Of a DNA stretch of 64,000 bases, positions 59,247 to 64,000 are shown piece after piece. Numbering within the stretch: position 1 is the stretch's first letter; the number at the start of each line of letters is the position of its first letter. The notes under the pieces are model-generated. The model saw nothing but the letters and a program-made list of their open reading frames with translations. It searched no databases and was not told the origin of the DNA. Position numbers and translations under genes: made by a program. The stretch spans positions 1,696,001 through 1,760,000 of the forward strand of contig CAVYTA010000006.1 of assembly GCA_963771355.1 (NCBI GenBank), read 5' to 3'. This DNA is from an uncultured Candidatus Rokubacteria bacterium. Lineage in GTDB: Bacteria > Methylomirabilota > Methylomirabilia > Rokubacteriales > CSP1-6.

Positions 59247-60682
59247 CGGGCGGACACGTCCCCGCGCGCGGCGGCCGACTCATCGTCCCGGCGTATCCCC
59301 CACCCGGCCAGCCGCGCCAGGAGGGTGTTCCGGTGCACGCCGAGACTGCGGGCGGCTCGGCTCTGGTTCCAGTTCTCCCGCTCCAGCGCCCGCAGGATGT
59401 ACACCTGCTCGAAGCGGTCGCGCGCTTCCTTGAGCGACAGCGCCGCCCCCGCGCCCGGCCCGCGCGCGGGCTCGTCGTGGATGGCCAGGTCGAGCGGAAG
59501 ATCGTCGAGGCGGATCACCGCGCGGGTGGCCAGGGCCACGCTGCGCTCGATCACGTTCTCGAGCTCCCGGACATTGCCGGGCCAGTCATAGGCAGCCAGC
59601 GACGGCAGCGCGCCGCGGGAGATGCCGCGCACGTCCTTCTTGAACTCTCGCGCGTACTTGCGGATGAAATGCTCGACCAGGATGGGAATGTCGTCCTTCC
59701 GCTCGCGCAGGGGCGGGATGGCGAGGGTGGCCACGTTGAGCCGGTAGAAGAGATCCTCGCGGAAGGCCCGCGCGCGCACCAGGTGGCGCAGGTCCGCGTT
59801 GGTGGCGGCGATCACCCGGACGTCCACCGGAATGGTCCGCGTGCCGCCCAGCCGCTCCACCTCGCGCTCCTGCAGGGCGCGCAGCAGCTTGGCCTGGAGA
59901 TCTATCCGCAGGCTGCCCACCTCGTCGAGGAACAGGGTGCCCCCATGGGCGAGCTCGAAGCGGCCGAGCTTGCGCGAGTGGGCCCCCGTGAAAGCCCCTT
60001 TCTCGTGGCCGAACATCTCCGACTCGAAGAGCCCGTCGGGAATGGCGGCGACGTTGACGGCGACGAAGGGGGCGTCGCGTCGGGGGCTCTGGCGGTGCAC
60101 CGCGCGCGCCACCAGCTCCTTGCCGGTCCCGCTCTCCCCGGTGACGAGCACGGTGGCATGCGTCTGCGCCACCTGGGCGACGTGCTCGTAGAGGCGGACC
60201 ATGGCGGGGTGGCGGCCCACCAGGGAGTCGAAGCCATGCGCGCGATCCAGCTCGGCCCGGAGATAGCACACCTCGCGCTCGAGCACCCGCTGCTGCGCGG
60301 CCTGCCGCACCAGGAGGTGGATCTCGTCCACGTCGAAGGGCTTGACGATGTAGTCGTACGCGCCCGCCTTGATGGCGTCCACCGCGGTGCGGACGTCCGG
60401 CACCGCCGTCATCAGGATCACCGCGATGGAATCGTCGAGCGCCAGGATCCTGGGCAGCACCACCGGGCCGCGCTCGCCGGGCAGCCGCACATCGAGCATG
60501 GCCACGTCCACCCGGCGCGAGCGCACCAGCTCGAGACCGGCGGCACCGTCTTCCGCCTCGAGCACCTCGAAGTCAAGCTTGAGGATCTCCCGCAGCGACT
60601 CGCGCACCCCGGGCTCGTCGTCGATGACGAGCACCACGGGCAGAGGCCGGTAGACGTGCGTGGGATCGAGCTCGGCGGACAC
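59243..60682 (-). CDS. NtrC-family sigma54-dependent response regulator
   Basis: VIDDE, GESGTGKE, GAFTGA, WPGNVRELEN, HTH GVHRNTL. Confidence 0.93.
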   Translation of the reverse strand: MSAELDPTHVYRPLPVVLVIDDEPGVRESLREILKLDFEVLEAEDGAAGLELVRSRRVDVAMLDVRLPGERGPVVLPRILALDDSIAVILMTAVPDVRTAVDAIKAGAYDYIVKPFDVDEIHLLVRQAAQQRVLEREVCYLRAELDRAHGFDSLVGRHPAMVRLYEHVAQVAQTHATVLVTGESGTGKELVARAVHRQSPRRDAPFVAVNVAAIPDGLFESEMFGHEKGAFTGAHSRKLGRFELAHGGTLFLDEVGSLRIDLQAKLLRALQEREVERLGGTRTIPVDVRVIAATNADLRHLVRARAFREDLFYRLNVATLAIPPLRERKDDIPILVEHFIRKYAREFKKDVRGISRGALPSLAAYDWPGNVRELENVIERSVALATRAVIRLDDLPLDLAIHDEPARGPGAGAALSLKEARDRFEQVYILRALERENWNQSRAARSLGVHRNTLLARLAGWGIRRDDESAAARGDVSAR

Positions 60683-60687
60683 AGGGC

Positions 60688-62160
60688 TCAGGGCTTGGAG
60701 GGCTCGGCCGACTTGAGCACGACATACTCGTTGCCGCCGCCGCCCCGCTGGATGTACACCGGGACCACGTCGCCCGGCCGTACCGCCCCCATCGACTCAC
60801 GGAAGCTGTCCACCCCGGTGATGGGGCGGCGGTTCACCTCGAGGATGGCGTCGCCGGGCCGGATGCCGGCCTCGGCTCCCGCGCTGCCCGCCCTGACCTC
60901 CGTGACCACCACCCCCGCGCGGGCGGCAAGGCCGAAGCGCTCCGCGGACTCCGCGGTGAGTGGCTCCACGGTGAGGCCGAGCCGCTCCTCGCGCGGCTGG
61001 GCCACCACCGGGACTTCCTCCGAGGGCTGCTCGCCGATGCGCACCGAGAGCCGGGTGGGCCGCTTGTCGCGGATGACCGTGAGGGCGGCCGGCTTGCCCG
61101 GCTCGACGGCGGCCACGCGCTTCTGGAGGTCGGTGACCTCCTTGATGGGCATCCCCGCGAACTCCACGATGACATCGCCGGCGCGCATCCCCGCGCCTTC
61201 CGCGGGTCCGTCATGCACCACGTCGGAGACGAGCACGCCGCCGGCGTTCGGGAGGCCGAAGCCCGCGGCGAGATCCGGAGTGAGATCCTGGATCACGATG
61301 CCCAGCCAGCCGCGCACCACGCGGCCGCGGGCAATGAGCTGGTCCAGGACCTCGCGGGCCATGTTGATGGGGATGGAGAACCCGATACCCTGTCCGGTGG
61401 CGACGATGGCGGTGTTGATGCCGATGACGCGGCCCTGGAGATTGAGCAGCGGCCCCCCCGAGTTGCCCGGATTGATGGAGGCGTCGGTCTGGATGAACGC
61501 CTCATACGTGGCCACCCCCACGCGAGTGCGACCGGTGGCGGAGATGATGCCCACCGTCACCGTGCGGTCGAGGCCGAAGGGATTGCCGATGGCCACCGCC
61601 CACTGTCCCACCCGCAGCCGATCGGAGTCCCCCAGCTCCGCGACCGGGAGCGTGCCCGGGGGCGCCTCGATCTTCAGCACGGCCAGGTCGGTCTTGGGGT
61701 CCCGTCCCACCAGGGTCCCCTTGAACTTGCGGTCGTCCGACAGCCCGACCTCGATCTCGGCCGCGCTCTCCACCACGTGATTGTTGGTGAGGATATAGCC
61801 GCGGGGATCGACGATGACGCCGGACCCGCCGGCGCGGCCCTCATCGCGCGGCGAGCGGCGCCGGAAGAAGCGGTCGAAGAACTCCGGACCGAAGAACTCC
61901 TTGAAGCGCTCTTCCATCTCCGGCCGCTCGGGCGCCTCCGAGACGGCGGGAGCGCGCTTGGACTTGACGTTCACGTTGACCACCGCCGGCATCACGCGGT
62001 CGGCCACGGCGACGAAGGCGGTTTCCAGCGCCTCCAGGATACGCGCCGACTCGGGCGGCACCGGCGCCGGCCGCTGGGCGCGGGCGGAGGCCGGCGCGAG
62101 CAGCAGCAGCGCGGCGAGCGCGAGCATGCCGAGCGCGAGGGAGCCGCGGACGATGCGCAT
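60688..62160 (-). CDS. degP: DegP/HtrA serine protease with two PDZ domains
   Basis: [34 protein letters not shown]. Confidence 0.95.
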   Translation of the reverse strand: MRIVRGSLALGMLALAALLLLAPASARAQRPAPVPPESARILEALETAFVAVADRVMPAVVNVNVKSKRAPAVSEAPERPEMEERFKEFFGPEFFDRFFRRRSPRDEGRAGGSGVIVDPRGYILTNNHVVESAAEIEVGLSDDRKFKGTLVGRDPKTDLAVLKIEAPPGTLPVAELGDSDRLRVGQWAVAIGNPFGLDRTVTVGIISATGRTRVGVATYEAFIQTDASINPGNSGGPLLNLQGRVIGINTAIVATGQGIGFSIPINMAREVLDQLIARGRVVRGWLGIVIQDLTPDLAAGFGLPNAGGVLVSDVVHDGPAEGAGMRAGDVIVEFAGMPIKEVTDLQKRVAAVEPGKPAALTVIRDKRPTRLSVRIGEQPSEEVPVVAQPREERLGLTVEPLTAESAERFGLAARAGVVVTEVRAGSAGAEAGIRPGDAILEVNRRPITGVDSFRESMGAVRPGDVVPVYIQRGGGGNEYVVLKSAEPSKP

Positions 62161-62185
62161 GGGGACTTAACCTCCGGCGGGCATC

Positions 62186-63595
62186 TTACCCCGGCGCCGG
62201 AGGCACCGCCAGCGGAGAAGCGAGTGTCACCTCGAGGATACGGCGCGTATCGTCGGTAACCGGTGCCGCCCGACCCCGGCGGAGCCCCGCGACCCAGATG
62301 ATCTCGCCATCGGCCTCGAGCAGCGGGATGCGCGAGCGCTCCCAGCGCGGGATGCCCGCGTCGATGAGGAAGGTCTTGAGCCGCCGCTCTCCCGGTCCCC
62401 CCCACGGCAGGAAGCGATCGCCGACACGCCGCGCCCGCACGGTGAGCCGGGCCGGGACGCGATCGGCATCGAACTCGGCACGGGCGGGATCGTGGGCGGG
62501 CATCCAGCCCCCGGGACGGACGAAGCAGCGCGCGGAGAGCCGCGTGCCCAGCTCGGGCAGCGGCAGCTCGCCCGGCACCTGCCAGGCGCGCTCGCGGAGA
62601 TCCGCGCCGGGCGCGGCGCCCACGCGCACCCACCGGCCGCTGCGCTCGCAGCGCACCCGCCCGAGCCGGACGGCCCGCGGCCGGCCCCCGGCGAGCACGA
62701 GGCGCAGCGCGCGCTCGCCGGCCGCGCGCTGCGCGCCGCCGCCCCCGAGGCCCGCCGCCGCCGCGCGCAGGACCTCGGCGGCCAGCTCGCCGGGCAGGCG
62801 CTCGAGCTCGTGGGCGGGCAGGACGATGGCGCCGGACACGGCGCGGCCGAGCGCGGCCACGATCGCCCGCGCCTCCGTCTCGAGCGCCGACTCCAGGGCG
62901 CGGGCCCGCGCGGCGCCGCGGGTGAGCCGCTCCACCGCGTCGATGTCCCAGGCCGCCACTAGGAACGGCAGGACGTCGTGGCGGATCCGGTTGCGCAGGA
63001 AGCGCGGATCGGCATTCGAAGCGTCATCACGCCACCCAATTCCGCGAGCCAAGAGGTGCGCCTCGATGAGATGCCGGCGCGTCTCGAGCAGCGGCCGGAT
63101 ATAGGGGCCCCGCACGGGCGCGATGCCGCCGAGACCGCGCGGGCCGGCCCCGTCGAGCAGCCGCATCACCACCGTCTCTGCCTGGTCGTCGGCGGTGTGC
63201 CCGGTGGCCACGCAGTCGGCGCCGGTGGCGGCGGCGACGCGCCGGAAGGCGGCATAGCGGGCGCGGCGCGCCGCGGCCTCGAGCCCGTCCCAGGCGCCGC
63301 CCGGCCCGGGCCGGGCGATCTCCACCCGCTCAACGCGCAGCGGAATGCCCCGGGCGCAGCACAGGTCCGTCACGAAGGCGGCGTCCGCCGCCGACTCGGG
63401 GCGGAGACCGTGGTCGACGTGCACGGCGTGGAGCGTGAGACCGAGCGAGGGAGCCAGCGTGTGGAGGACGTCGAGGAGCGCGACGGAGTCGGCGCCGCCG
63501 GAGACCGCCGCCAAGACAGCTTCGCCGCCGCGGAGCATCCCGTGGCGGCGAATGGTGGCCAGACAGCGAGCGGGCAGGCTAGTGGCGGTGGTCAC
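62186..63595 (-). CDS. tilS: tRNA(Ile)-lysidine synthase
   Basis: AVSGGADS, HVDHGLR, EAAARRARY, TGHTADDQAET, RPLL, RNRIRH. GTG start at 63595. Confidence 0.93.
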   Translation of the reverse strand: MTTATSLPARCLATIRRHGMLRGGEAVLAAVSGGADSVALLDVLHTLAPSLGLTLHAVHVDHGLRPESAADAAFVTDLCCARGIPLRVERVEIARPGPGGAWDGLEAAARRARYAAFRRVAAATGADCVATGHTADDQAETVVMRLLDGAGPRGLGGIAPVRGPYIRPLLETRRHLIEAHLLARGIGWRDDASNADPRFLRNRIRHDVLPFLVAAWDIDAVERLTRGAARARALESALETEARAIVAALGRAVSGAIVLPAHELERLPGELAAEVLRAAAAGLGGGGAQRAAGERALRLVLAGGRPRAVRLGRVRCERSGRWVRVGAAPGADLRERAWQVPGELPLPELGTRLSARCFVRPGGWMPAHDPARAEFDADRVPARLTVRARRVGDRFLPWGGPGERRLKTFLIDAGIPRWERSRIPLLEADGEIIWVAGLRRGRAAPVTDDTRRILEVTLASPLAVPPAPG

Positions 63596-64000
63596 ATTCC
63601 GACTGCAGCCCCACCCAGACCTCGCCGTCCTCGAAGTATTCCTTCTTCCAGATGGGCACCGTCTCCTTGAGCGTGTCGATGGCGAACCGGCAGGCGTCGA
63701 AGCCCTCGCCCCGATGGGCGGTGGAGACCGCGATGAGCACGCTCGACTCGCCGATCTCGAGCCGCCCCACGCGGTGGACAATGGCCAGCCGCCGGATGCC
63801 GGGATGGCGCTGACGCGCCGCCGCCGCGATCTCCCGCATCTTGGCCACCGCCATCGGCGCGTGGGCCTCGTACTCGAGGAACTTCACCCGGCGCCCGCCC
63901 GTCTGGTCGCGCACCACGCCCGAGAAGAGCACGACGGCGCCGGCGCCGGGGTCCTCGACCGCGGCGACCAGGGCCGGCTCGGACAGGGGCCCGGCCACCA
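63579..64000 (-). CDS. moaE: Molybdopterin synthase catalytic subunit (5' end lies outside the window)
   Basis: GAVVLFSGVVRD, LEYEAH, HRVGRL, AHR, LKETVPIWKKEYF. Confidence 0.93.
   Translation of the reverse strand, partial: VAGPLSEPALVAAVEDPGAGAVVLFSGVVRDQTGGRRVKFLEYEAHAPMAVAKMREIAAAARQRHPGIRRLAIVHRVGRLEIGESSVLIAVSTAHRGEGFDACRFAIDTLKETVPIWKKEYFEDGEVWVGLQSECDHRH

Noticed and set aside
53153..61780. Long ORFs 53153..55342 (-) and 59333..61780 (+)
   Set aside because: Antisense to the well-supported DHH, NtrC and degP genes.

Overview
A very GC-rich, densely coding bacterial chromosomal segment. The gene repertoire, small hairpin repeats and diderm markers (kdsB, an outer-membrane barrel) suggest Ca. 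Rokubacteria/Methylomirabilota, but this is inference only. I saw no rRNA, tRNA, CRISPR array, transposase, integrase or phage gene. Left to right: (1) a minus-strand operon for uptake and breakdown of a probable N-heterocycle (Liv-type ABC transporter, DUF169, enamidase, DUF1185, LLM oxidoreductase, CoxL/XdhA-type molybdoenzyme running off the left edge); (2) a large GAF protein, kdsB and two MFS transporters; (3) a 16-kb transporter block with two CUT1 ABC systems, one ATPase, three TRAP binding proteins and two DctQM pairs, one dctM doubly frameshifted; (4) a winged-helix regulator operon with an UppS paralogue and DUF4153; (5) sixA, cytochrome c, TPR-barrel, CusF-like, FAH + VOC dioxygenase + apgM, a kinase/NtrC pair, argR-argD and an M23 peptidase; (6) a sigma54-driven receiver-otsA remnant-otsB unit, rhomboid, CPA2 antiporter, DHH phosphoesterase, lapA, mgtE and a pmtA-like gene; (7) moaE-tilS-degP-NtrC-phnD on the minus strand. 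The most interesting signals are non-coding: hairpin repeat elements translated in frame inside proteins, a conserved 5' leader shared by two divergent TRAP genes, and three readable operator/enhancer systems. All product calls come from motif recognition by eye, not from database searches.
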